Shown here piece after piece: positions 51,557 to 63,764 of a stretch of DNA of 64,000 nucleotides; positions within the stretch are counted from its first letter, which is position 1, and each line of letters begins with the position of its first letter. The stretch lies in contig NC_052154.1 of assembly GCF_902713615.1 (NCBI RefSeq), positions 80,951,072 to 81,015,071 on the forward strand, given 5' to 3'. The stretch comes from Scyliorhinus canicula (Eukaryota). The notes beneath the pieces were generated by a model. It was not told where the DNA came from, did no database searches, and was given only the letters and a program-made list of their open reading frames with translations. A program made the position numbers and the translations under genes.

Positions 51557-52112
51557 TGAGGCCAATGGCTCACATTGTGTCGTGAAGCATGAGGGGAAAA
51601 GAGGCTAACAGTGGACATGAAGTTAAAAGAAAACAAGAGATTTGTGTGCACAAACTACAACTTAGTAGAATGAATACCGTGGGAACAGACAGGATAACTT
51701 GCAACTGGACTTTTCACTGAAAATACTTTGTTTTGAAACAGCAAAAACATGGTTCTTTCAAAGATGAATTAGGCACATGTGCTACAGGATTGTTTATATG
51801 AATGAACTATCAACCAAGAACTGAAATCATAGAAATAAAAAGTTTGGAGATTTCAGCAACGATAAGACTGGGATCAACATTCGCAAGACAAGACTTAAAA
51901 TTTGGAAACTCACCGCGCACGCACTCCAGAGCCAGCCTGGCCAGGTTCTCGCTATCGGGTAAGAATTTTAGTTCAAATTGTGTGTCTTGAAAATTACGTT
52001 ACTGTTTAAATGACAGCGAGTTCAGTGAGTTTAAATGTGTTCAATACAATAATAAATACTAATAATTGTGATTCAAGTTATATTAAAATTAAGCTGACTG
52101 TGATGACTTACA
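51557..52112 (+). repeat. Putative 3' LTR of the env-bearing element
   Basis: Purine tract aaatggaggaa (51546-51556) then TG; AATAAA at about 52050; candidate CA end at 52111-52112; no second copy in the window. Confidence 0.35.
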
Positions 52113-52779
52113 TGTCTGTTTCGTCAGTTGAAGCCAGCAGAGGGCAGCAACACTATTCGCACCACTTGCCTGATGAATGCAGCTTCAACGGCACTTATAA
52201 AGCCCCACATTGTCTAAGATAAAGGGCCCACTTGATTGGCACCACATCCACCACAGTCAAAACTTACTCTCTCCACCACCGGCAGCAGTGTGTACCATCT
52301 ACAAAATGCATTGCAACCACTCACCAAGTCTCAATTGACAACACCTTCGAAACCATTGACACCTGCTGGGTAGAAGATTCATGGAAACAGGACATCATTT
52401 AATTGTCCCTCCAAACCACACACCACCTTGACTTGGAAACATATCGCACGTCTCCTTGCAGCCGCTGGGTCAAATGCTGGAGCTCCCTTCATACTACTAA
52501 CGTGGCTGTCCCTACAACACATAGGCTACAAGGAAGTGGCTCACGAACACTTTCTTCAAGGGAAATTAGGGATGGACAGTAATTTTTTGCCTAGCTAGCG
52601 AAGCCCATATCCCAGGAATTAACACATTTTTAAAATGCTGGTCCATTGTGTATTTGTGGCTTACTTGTGGCTCCTTTTAAGGTTTGCAGTAATAATGCTC
52701 CCGCTGGGGTTCACTAACTGAAACATAGCTCCATAAAAACATACGACTTCGAGGCAGCAATAAGACATTTTGCCCTGCC

Positions 52780-53235
52780 AATCTGCGCCAACATTCAATA
52801 AAATTGTATTGTCTGGTTGTGGCCTCAACTGTACGTTGCTGTCTGTTCCGCAAAATCCTTGACTGTATCTTGAGTAAATTCAGTGACCCTGCTTCCATTA
52901 TCCCTTGGAGAAGAGAATTCCATGAACGGATGACAGTCTGAAAGAAATAAAAATGTCATCTTGTCCGTCTTAAAATAGAGACCTCTTACTCTTAAACGGT
53001 GTCCCATACTTCTCATGACCCCCGCAACTTGAAACATCCTTCCCGTATCTACCACGTCAAGCACCCCCCAAGAATCTTAAGTGTTTCTATAAGTGTTTCT
53101 GATCTCCAAGGGTTTAGGTCCGACCTCTTCAACCTTTCTTCACAGGATAACCGCTTCATTCCAGTAATGGGTCGAGTGAACACTCTGAGTACTGCTTCCA
53201 ATATCAGTTTTGCTTTCAAGTTAAGAGACTAGCCT
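52780..53235 (-). mobile_element. Old CR1 3' fragment
   Basis: ORF 52825..53064 resembles CR1 RT C-terminus (MFQVAGVMRSMGHRLRVRG). Confidence 0.75.
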
Positions 53236-54119
53236 GGGCACAGTATTTACCATGTGCTTTTATTCATATTTCAGGTGATGAATGAGGCACAAGGCAAACG
53301 AACTGCTTTCATATGAGTGAAGATGAGAGGTTCGACGGCAATTGGACCTGAACTCGTCCAGGGAAATGGGTCTTAATGCATAATATGTGATTTTTAGATA
53401 GCGGACAGACTTTTTGATGTCAGGATGTGAGAAACGTGTCTCAGAATTCCTAGCTTCTGCCCTCCATTTTCAATTTCAATATTTATTTGGCTGCTGCCGG
53501 TAGATCTCTGATCAATGTTGCCTCACAGCATGTTGACGATGGGTGATTCAGGGATGATAATTCCATTAAATGTTAAGGGCAAATTGTTAGGTCCCCGCTT
53601 GTTGGAGATGGTCCAAGTTAGACACTCCTGTGGTTTAAATGTTACGTGCGACTCATCAACTGAAGCGTGAATGTTGTCCAGGTTATTCGGCATATGGAAA
53701 CGGACTGTTTCATCGTCTGGTAAGCTTCATATAGACGAAAATTCTCTGCAACCATCAGCTAACATCCTATTTCAAACACATGGGTGCATTTACACCAACA
53801 TGGACTCCGCGTTTCAAGAAGACAGCTCCTCCCCACCTTCTGAAGAGCAATTAGGGGTTGTAACTTGACAGAGAGGCCCATATCCCGTAAATAAATGAAA
53901 AAGTATCTGAAAATAGGGCAATTAATGAAACTACCGGAAATGGTTGTGTGTTGAACATTGTCTCGTGGATCTCCTTCAGTAATCCCTGGGATCTGAAGAT
54001 AGATCTCCAGCAATCGCTCCCAATTTTCTTCGTGACAGATGTCATTCCGCGCAGTTGAGAGCTATGCCTCCCATTCCCACTGTCTTCGCTTTTACCATGA
54101 TGCCACACTCGGGTAAGTG

Positions 54120-55090
54120 AACATAGAACCTAGAACATACAGTGCAGAAGGAGGACATTCGGCCCATCGAGTCTGCACGGACCCACTTAAGCCCTCACTT
54201 CCACCCTATCCCCGTAACCTAATAACCCATCCAAACCTTTTTGGTCACTAAGGGCAATTTAGCATGGCCTCCTTCTGCACTGTAGATTCTATGATGACAA
54301 AATTTCAGGATTTTTCCCTACGATGGTTGGCGAATTTAGCAGGAACAATACGATTCTGCCAATTGTGACACATTTTGCTCCATTCAATAAACAGCAGTAG
54401 AATGGAATCTATCAGCGACTGTGCTATCAAGCGACTCAGTAATATCCTGCTCAATTATGCCCAGTTTGGGTTCAGCCAATTACACCCACCACTTTCCAAC
54501 CTTTGTCAAACTTGGACAAAAAAACTGAATTCCAGAGGCGACGTGGGATGACTGACGTTGACACCACTTTCAGGCAGCACGGTAGCACCTCACAGCGCCA
54601 GGGTATCAGGTCTGGTACCTGCACGTCTTTGGACTGTGGGAGGAAGCCCAAGCACCCGGAGGAATGGGGCTTCCGCAGACACGGGGAGAACGTGCAGACT
54701 CCGCACAGACAGAGGCCCAGCGGGCAATCGAACCTGGGCTGTGAAGCCACAGTGCTATCCACTTGTGCTACCGTGCTGCCCGAAAGTGCTGTCAATGTCA
54801 GTCATCTCACATGGCCTCTGGAATTCGTGACGGGAAGTTTGCCGTCATAGAATCTTCAGTGCAGAGTTCGGCCCATCGAGTCTGAACCGGCTCTTGGAAA
54901 TTGACCTAACCTTTGTGGACACTAAGGGCACTTTAGCATGGCCAATCCACCGAACGTGCACATCTTTGAACTGTGGGAGAAAACTGGAGCACCCGGACGT
55001 ATCCCACGTAAACTGTGACCGAAGCCGGGAATCGAACGTGGGACCCTGGAGCTGTGAAGCAACTACCCTAACCACTGTGCCACCCTGCTA
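54120..55090 (-). mobile_element. Cluster of V-SINE copies and fragments
   Basis: Tail fragments at 54120-54295; copies at about 54560-54782 and 54845-55090. Confidence 0.8.
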
Positions 55091-55098
55091 CCCTTATG

Positions 55099-55742
55099 AA
55101 TTAAGGGAAATCAAGCAACAATGGGTGCAATCCCACAAGTTTCTAAAATCCAAACTGCGTCTTTCTTCCCTATATGATAGCGTCACTGAACTCAAGTCAA
55201 TTGGATTTCGAACCCAATATTGGACACGATGATTTCAAGGGTCCGCTACAATAGTCTGTAAAAAAACACAGACCTGTTGTTTTGTCATGAGATAACATCT
55301 GTGAAACGTGGAACGCGTTCGCACATAGAATCTCTCTTGCCCATTTTGGCGCTTTCACGGAGCCATTCAGACAGACAAGGGAATATATAGGAAAGAATCA
55401 AACTACAGGTCATGCCGAAATTGCTCGCACAGGGGAACAATTACGGCCTGTTCCCATAGATCACGTTTCAGAATTGGATTGATTTAAAACATGGCACTGG
55501 GTTGTGTATTATAGTCTTATGTGGCAGTACTGAACTGAACGTCAGATAAAACTAGAATGCTGACCATGCAGAAAGTAAGATGTATGCTTAAACAATCACT
55601 ACATAAACACTAATAATTATCTGGATATTAAGTAAACTGCAATTAAGGGAAATCAAGCAACAATGGGTGCAATCCCACAAGTTTCTAAAATCCAAACTGC
55701 GTCTTTCTTCCCTATATGATAGCATCACTGAACTCAAGTCAA
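55099..55742. repeat. 102-bp direct repeat pair (55099-55200, 55641-55742)
   Basis: aattaagggaaatcaagc...gaactcaagtcaa occurs twice, with one mismatch seen. Confidence 0.95.
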
Positions 55743-56284
55743 ATAGAATTGAACAAAATGGACAAAAAGTCAACTGTGAGTTCTCAAAATTATTGTGAGG
55801 TCAAATATATCTCTCCCCCACCGCTGATACGACTTGTAATGCTGCAATCTTTATCATCTGGAAAAATGATACGGAAGTGAAAAAGATCGACTCATGACAG
55901 AAACAAATTACAGAATTTACATACTCATCCTGATCTTTTGGTCGAAAGCACACTTGAGTTATTCCAATGAGGAAAAAGAATAGATTTCGGCCATGTTGTC
56001 CCTCACAATCGAAAGCCTACCGTAACCAAGGGTGTTTAGATGAGCACATTGACGTCCCATACCAGCAGTGCAGTTCTCCGCTAACATAAAAGCAACACTT
56101 TCGGGAAACCAGGGGTGAGCACAGAAGGGATAAAAGTTAGAATCAAATATCCGGCAACCAGAAGCAACGCACCGGCATAAAACTCTAATGTCTGATAGAC
56201 CCACATCAAATACTCACAATGTTGCCATACTGTAATCTTGTAATATCGACCACACATTTGAATTAAATACCGTCCGGCCCGTAG

Positions 56285-56570
56285 AGACATAGAAAGGTAG
56301 GAACATAGGAAATACGAACAGGAGGTGGCCAGTCAGCCCTTCATGGCTATTCTGCCATTAAATTGCACTTTGCTGATCGTCTGCCTCAACGTCATTTCCC
56401 CACATTAACCCCATATCCCTAGATGTCTTTATCAACTATAAATCCATCGATGTCTGTCTTAAATATACGCAGTCACTGAGCCGCCACAACCCTCTGGGAT
56501 AGAAGATTCCTTAGATTTACCACACACTGAGTGAGACCCCTCTTGCTAATCTCTGCCGGAAATGAGCTAC
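56285..56570 (-). mobile_element. CR1 3' fragment
   Basis: gaacataggaaatacgaacaggagg tail and CR1 3' end sequence. Confidence 0.7.
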
Positions 56571-58199
56571 TACGCATTCTGACGCCCCCTCTCGCTTCAA
56601 CTGCTCCATCATCCCACCCCCGCCCACAACCAGGCAGGATAAATTAAGTAATTTCGCTATTATTATTAACGGTCATGGCAGTGACTAGAAAAAGAACTGA
56701 TGCGCATGTGCGATGATTTTTTAAAAAATTGTTTCACCGTGCAGGCAACATATTGTTTGAGAATCACGCCAGCAGCCTCCGACGCAGAAAATCTACAGCA
56801 ACTAAACAAATATTGTATACATGAAGCGGCGTTATTATCACCATAGATATATGTTTACGCGCTATTTTGTTCCGTCAGTCAGGTTTTACGCTCCCTCATG
56901 TTGTTTAGTCACTGTTCTTGTTAAATTGTTTAAATAATTCATTATTGGCTAAATCTGATGTATTTGTACACGGAAATAGGTACGACTGGTACAGTTGACC
57001 CTTGCTATGTCTTTCTCAACACTCTTTATTCCACGATTGAGTATCTAAATTAATCCCCATCTCATAACAGCTCACATCTCATCTTGTATCATCTGTTTCG
57101 TGGTGCCTTGATATCGTACCTGGAACATAGAGACCGCAATGGAAAACACCAGTTTGAACTACTTCATGCAAATATTAGCCTAATTGACTAGCTATTGTAA
57201 AATAAAGTATATGTTTCTAATTTTTAGCCCAACTTGTGAAATGTTTGTAAAAATACTGCGGTCAACTGACCCGACATGATGTATGCCACCTCGGTATTGA
57301 ACTAGATTGGATGACGAGAAATATTTCAGATCTTCACTTTATCTTTGGTGCTAAGAATAAATTTCAAATTGTTTTCCACTTTGCGAGCATATCTGCAAAG
57401 TAAACAAAAAATAAAAATGAAAAAGTAACCTCTTTGTAAAGTTGCAGGTTATAACAAATTATTTCAAATGTGCAAATCTATAGAATCTACAGAAGCACAG
57501 GCTGGCTGGATATCCATTATTCAAAGCCAACTAGCGTAAGATTTCATTGCCTATATTAGACAAATGTTTCTGTTATTTTGAGTTGAATGTTGTAAGGAGC
57601 TTTCCTGTTGACTCCCTTATATCCTATTTATTTTATTTTGACATGATCGTTTTTGCTCCATGGATGTTTAATGCAGACAAAGTACGTTTAAGTCGTGCAG
57701 AGAGTGTTAGGAACTCAAAAGCTGCAAAAGAGCACACTCTGCTACGCAGGATTAGATTTTCAACAGTAGAACCCAGGCTTTATGCGCCAAAGAGGTTGAT
57801 TCGGTTGGATTGATAGTGTGGTCGCCAGTTGGATTGGTAGGGTGGTGGCCAATGGACTGGCTAGGGACAGTATCTTTCCCGGTAACAGACAGCGATTGGG
57901 TCCTGCCAAGTAAGATGTTCAGAGGACGAAGCAGAAAGCTTCCGAACTCTGAAAGAGGAAACTGTGTTGGTCCCTCTTTCTCCATCTCTTTCTTTCACAT
58001 GTTGACTGCTTGTTTTTTCTGTGAATTTACAGAGAAGTCACTGGACTCTAAAGGTCGAACCAACGCTCTCTCTTTGTTCTGCTGCTTACAATCGAAAGGC
58101 AGACGTCTCTGGAGCCTGATGACTCTTCAGTGAAAACCATTACAGACTGAAAGCAAAGGCATCATCCAAATATAGGCCGAGACTGAAAAGATCCAACAG

Positions 58200-58870
58200 T
58201 AATTGGCAGAACCCTTAAGAATATTGAAGGCTGAGGGATCTGGGTGCACAGGTGCAGAGATCACTGAAGGTAGCAACGCAGATGGAGAGGGTAGTCACGA
58301 AGGCAAACGGTATGCATGCCTTCATTGGCGGGGGCCTTGAGTATAAAACTAGGCAAGTCGTGCTGCAGCTTTTGAACCTTAGATAGGCCATACTTGGAAT
58401 ATAGTGTTAAATTCTGGTCGCCACTTAACCAGAAAGATGTGGAGGGGGTACAGAAGATGTTTACCAGAATGAAGCCTGGTATGGAGGGCATTAGAGATGA
58501 GGGACTTGGATTGTTCTCACGGGGACAACGGAGCTTGAGGGGCGACGGAGCTTGAGGGAAGTGTACAAAATTATGAGGGCATGGAGAAAGTGGATAGTCA
58601 TAAGCCTTTCCCCAGGGTATAAGAGTGAATTACTGGGGGACATAGTTTTAAGGCACGAGGGGCAAAGTTTAGAGGAGAGTTGCAAGGCAATCTTTTTACA
58701 CAGAGAGTAGTGGGTGCCTGGCAGAGGAGTTGGAAGCAGGTAAGATAGAGACGTTGAAGGGGCGTCTTACGAGGGATACCGACTCCGGAAATGTAGACAG
58801 TTTTAGGTTAGATGGGCAGCATGGTCGGCTCAGGCTTAGAGGGCCGAAGGGCCTGTTCTTGCGCTGTACG
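58200..58870 (+). mobile_element. CR1 3' fragment
   Basis: RDLGAQVQRSLKVATQ and downstream RT C-terminal DNA up to the 3' end. Confidence 0.8.
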
Positions 58871-60825
58871 TTTCTTTGTTTTTGTTCTTTGGAGGACATT
58901 CATCTGACATCTGGATTCTGCGGTCTCCAAACTGTCTGTTTCTCGGCGGTGCGGTGGTTCACTGGCTGCGGGATTCTCTGCTCCCCCCGTCTTGTCAGTG
59001 GGAAAGCCACCCCATGCCGCCGGGAAACCTGCGGGCGAGGATGTGCTGCTGGCGGGACCAGAGAATCGCAATCGTTATTTATTTTGCATCCCTCTGTGTA
59101 TGTTTGCCTTCTGTGTGTATGGAGGGTGGGGCGAGTTAAATAGGAGGGTTGTTAGTAATTAGACTGCAGATAACCAGTTGTATTTGTTGCTTATTTAGTT
59201 ACCGTTACTTCAATAAGAAGAGATAATTGTGTTTAAATTTACAACGTTGGAGCCTGGAGTTATTGGAGACCGAAGACATCGGGTCGTTTAAAAATTAAGA
59301 GTTAATTTTAACTGTATTGCGATTCCGAGGCTGAAATTGACCGCGCACTAGCCAGTGTGTCGTAATAATATTGTAATATTACCAAGAGAACTTGCACAAT
59401 CCTCTACTATATTTATCTCACTCATCCTGAAGTGGCGGTGCGGCAAGGTTTCGTAATCTGATTAAAGGACTGCGCCGCGGTGGCAGGTGTGTTTAAATCT
59501 TTTCTCTTTAGGTTTCTAGTCGGGAAGATACGGTTGCCTTTCGGCAAGTGCTAATATAAAATCAACCGGTAAAACGTACTGTCAAAAATTTGTAGCATAT
59601 GATAAACCATGTACTGGCCATGCATAAATGTGCCGTGAGCCAAGTGATATTAGTCACAAAAAAACAATGGGTGAATAGACAGTGGTGCGTTCTGGTGCAA
59701 GGAAGGACTTTCGCCAGAGAAAACGTCTTGCCAATGAGATAGTGCAATTGACAGAACACAAACCTTTTGTTTTCTGAAGGAGGAAATTCTGTCGGTGCGA
59801 TTGTGTAATGTTTGTGTCACTGAACGCAATCTAACGAATGCTACTCGAGATCGCAGGAGAATAATTTGAGAAGTTGAAATAAGTTTAAAAATAAAACGTA
59901 ATGCAACAAGAAGCACGATTTTCTAAACAAACATCCGGTAAATTACTCTATGGATGTGACTAAACGTGAAAATAGGTGCTATCAGTAAACTTGTCCATGA
60001 CGGTGTTGGAATGTTGCAAAACTCAACTGTTGTGATGATAGTCGATGCGTTTTATTAACCAACTTTCCCTTCGGGAAACATACCTGGCCTCTGGACTATA
60101 CGTGACCCACAGGGAGTCTAATGCGATTGCTCTAGCATGTCCTCTGAAAAGGTTGAGTAAATAATTTATTTGAACGAAGCTTCAATGAGAAGATCCGGTA
60201 GCGCCGCCAACTCATGACAAAGCGACGAGCCCAAAATCATCAACAAAATGAGAATAAGAACATACTCAATAAGCTTCACTGATGATGTACGTTTAAACTA
60301 GTTCGCCTGCTTCAAAAATGAAGAAATCGATTTGAAACAATGTCGCTTACATTGTGCTCTTGGAAGTGAATCAGATGAGTTTTCGCTGGCACCATTGGGC
60401 CGCTAATCCGACTCGCCCTTAGCGAGATGACCATTTGTCATCTGTATTGGGCAAAATCATACAGTTAATTATTTCTGTAGCGTACTTCACCTTCACACTC
60501 ATGAGAGACCAGACGAAGACTCTTGGAGTTGCGAACAAGGCTGTTATTACAATTATAACGGGCCTCCTCGCACAACAAACAGCTCTGCTTCCCGCGTTGT
60601 CCAATTATAATTCACATTAAGATACAGAAAATTAGCATATATTAACCAGTTGTTACTATTTATCTATGTAACTATCGATTAGATTTACACCATTCATGAA
60701 TATGAGAATAATCAACCAATCGTATCAATGATTCGCAAGCTTAATTAAACCATTAAATCAATAAAAAGGCACATAAATGTTGTCTTCCAGTTATTTATCA
60801 CCGGATCCCCGTTATTAAGAATGTG

Positions 60826-61039
60826 AGGGCAGCACAGTGGCGCAGTGGGTTAGCCCTGCAGTCTCATGGCGCCGAGGTCCCAGGTTCGATCTCGGCTCTG
60901 GGTCACTGTCCGTGTGGAGTTTGCACATTCTCCCCTTGTTTGTGTGGGTTTCGCCCCCACAACCAAAAAGATCTGCAGGCTAAGTGGATTGGCCACGCTA
61001 AATTTCCCTTTAATTGGAAAAAATTCTAAATATAAAAAA
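60826..61039 (+). mobile_element. Short V-SINE with 9-bp TSD
   Basis: aagaatgtg at 60817-60825 and 61040-61048; A box tggcgcagtgg, B box ggttcgatctc; A-rich tail. Confidence 0.92.
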
Positions 61040-62744
61040 AAGAATGTGGCTATCATTCACCTACTTGTCTGCCTCTTCTGACTTCTAGTCCGTTTCCCAA
61101 GGTAAAACTGGTCTGCTGCAATAACGATTCTGGGTATTTATGTGTCCTTCCAAACAGATTGATCTCTTGTTATTTTCAATAAAGTCGATCTTATCTTTCC
61201 TGGCCCCATCTCCAGCGAGTTGTGACCTTGGGCATGCTTCCTATTGCTATCTTCAGCTAACCCGCTTGTGAGTGCACGACAGATCGACACAGAAGAGTTT
61301 TAACCGTGCAGTCAGCTTTTTTTTAACTACAATTATTCGGATATAATCAGTTCCCCCTCATCGCATCCATTAAGTCGAGATAGAACGTGACAATGAAACT
61401 GGAATTGACCCACAGGGTTCGTGCAAACATGCTTATAATTTGTAGCAGGCGTCATGAGTACAAAGTAGACACAGGTGGGAAATTAAATTTACGTCATGCA
61501 ATCTTATGAATATAAGTTGACTTCATTGCATTGTACAATTGGATGCATGATGCAGTACGGTATCTACCTTGTGGCCTGGATTGGGTTACACTCTTTTGTT
61601 GGCCAAGAAAAGAGCAGAATTACGAACAGGATATTTTCAAGTTAACCTGAATAATATGGGAGGACTAACGGGGCAAGGGAACACACAATGAACGATAGTA
61701 TGCTAGTAAGTGCAGAGGTCCAGCTGGACATTGGGGGGTGCATATACATAGAGCCATGCAGACACCATGACAGGAAGATAAGGTGGTTAAGAAAGCATAT
61801 AGGATACTTGTTTTTATTAGACTAAGTGTAGAATATAAGAACAGGGAGGTTATGATGGAGCTATATAAACGGCCACTGAGACCACAGCTGGAGTATTCTG
61901 TGCAGTTCTTGTAGCTACACTATCGGAAGGATGTGATTGCACTGAGGGGGTGTGTGGCCATCTGAGATGGCCATCTGCAAAGGACCATGGGAATTATGGC
62001 CAACCCAGGACTCAGAAAAATACAGATCTTTTGTGTCTTTGAAACGCAGGCAGCTAGACCTGATCGCAACCTCCGCTCGTTTGCATTCTAATGGCTCATT
62101 TCTCCAGAATAATAACCCTTGTGTATAAATAAACTATCTTTGAACTTGAACTGACTAACTGGCTGTGTGGTCATTTGACCGATAGACGGGAAAGCCTTGT
62201 GGTTCAGCTGTGGTCTCGAGAACGACAGATTGGCAGAATTATTAATCCTAATTGCTATTCCTGTGATTTTTGGGAGAATTATTGCTGTGTGGAGGCTGTT
62301 TGAAATCAGGATATCACTGCGCACGGAACGGGCAGGACGATATATTTACTCACTTTCGCTGCCTATACTCCTGAATGAAGGCCAGTCCCTCAGATGAGGT
62401 GCTGGGGAATTGCCCGCTCCTGGGGCCTGAATCGATATTATCAGCCACAATACGTAACTTTAATCATGTGGTATCCCGTGTCATGGTCACACATTCAATT
62501 TCTTAATCTATGAGATCAATTCCTGACCAAACCATTCAATGCATCATTCTGATTTGCTGCAAGTGGTCAAGAAACGTTTTTAAAATCATAAGGTTCCACC
62601 TCCTTATTTAGATTCTGCGTTGCAAATTAGATGCGATATATCTCAAATCCGATCGTTGCTGCTTCTTAATTGTTTCTGTATTTGACTTATCTTCGTTATT
62701 TTTTCTCTGACGGATGCAGTTTATCGTAGTTCTTCTTTTTCTCG

Positions 62745-62928
62745 CCGCAAAAGTAACTTCAAACAAAATGGAGCAATTCCCTAAACTTATGACTGTAGCC
62801 AGGGGGGACAATGTTTCCATATTCTGCACATTTTGCATATATGAATATGCTCCTGAAGTTTCTTGGTGGCGACGCGGCGCGGAACGTTTCTGGAAGCAGA
62901 CAACGGAAAGAGATCCACTCCAAAGAAA
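62745..62928 (+). pseudogene. Truncated duplicate V exon (pseudo-exon)
   Basis: AAKVTSNKMEQFPKLMTVARGDNVSIFC...WWRRGA matches the exon at 63334. Acceptor AG is replaced by CG (62743-62744), with a 1-nt deletion at about 62888; homology ends before the F-strand Cys. Confidence 0.88.
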
Positions 62929-63067
62929 GATGCTCTCTTTCAGTCATGTGACATCTCATGTCAGGGTCCCCCCGTTTCATATACTCAGAGACCTATTTCC
63001 TGCCTAAACCATTCAGAATACATCCTCCTGTGCAGCACCTACAATTATTTTCCTTTCCATTTACAAG

Positions 63068-63122
63068 ATGTCGATCAGAGTTACAGCTCAGTACATGGCT
63101 CTTCTGGGTCTGATGTGGCCAG
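63068..63122 (+). CDS. Ig receptor gene 2, leader exon (MSIRVTAQYMALLGLMWP)
   Basis: 55 nt, phase 1, gtatgt donor; same length as the gene 1 leader; 211-nt intron to the V exon. Confidence 0.8.
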
Positions 63123-63333
63123 GTATGTTGAGTTGTTTAATGTTGCCGTTGTAGAATGGCTTAAATGGTATTTTAAGTATACAACTGTATTGTTGTAAAA
63201 AAAAATAGTTGCTGCGCTTCTTCAATTCCACTGCTGGTGTTTCTTCATTGTTTTTGAATTTTCCTCCATTTAGTTATTTTCCTTCTCTGACGTATGCAGT
63301 TGTTATCCACATTCTTTTCTACTTATTTCCTAG

Positions 63334-63639
63334 CCGCCAAAGTAACTTCGAACAAAGTGGAACAGTTCCCTCAACACCTGACGGTAGCCAGGGGTGACAA
63401 TGTTTCCATGTTCTGCACGTTTTCCATATATGAAGATGCTCCTGAAGTTTCTTGGTGGAAACGCGGCGCTGAATCTTTGCTGGAACCAGACAACAGGAAG
63501 AGATTTAGTCCAAAGAAGGGACGGAGTACATTAGAAATTCTAAATGCGAGTATCACAGACTCCGGAATGTATTACTGCAAAGTCAAACATCAACAGGTCA
63601 AGATTGGGGATGGAAGTGGCTCCCAGCTCACTGTGTTTG
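63334..63639 (+). CDS. Ig receptor gene 2, V-set exon with germline-joined J-like strand; rest of gene beyond window
   Basis: ttctacttatttcctag acceptor, gtaagt donor, 306 nt, phase 1-1; MFC, WWK, DSGMYYC, GDGSGSQLTV. Confidence 0.92.
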
Positions 63640-63764
63640 GTAAGTGTAATTGTTCCAGGGAAAGACCGCTTTCCAGCTGTGTGTGATTTATGTAATTTTA
63701 GCTGTTATTACTAGTTGAAAATCCGGCGATAACGGATTCGTTTTACACTGCTGTAGGTTTTCAT

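Noticed and set aside
56081-56290. Hydrophobic ORF (FYAGALLLVAGYLILTF) resembling a TM exon
   Set aside because: Weak acceptor, no partner exons in phase, and no family motif.
57810-62460. LTR-like stretches (about 57810-58140, 59080-59370, 61950-62460) and a small TIR-like piece (about 58968-59069)
   Set aside because: No second copy, clear termini or TSD in the window; they cannot be supported without a repeat library.
63629-63635. CACTGTG, a RAG heptamer-like sequence in the J-like strand of gene 2
   Set aside because: It simply encodes L-T-V, and no nonamer is seen at 12 or 23 bp. V and J are germline-joined.
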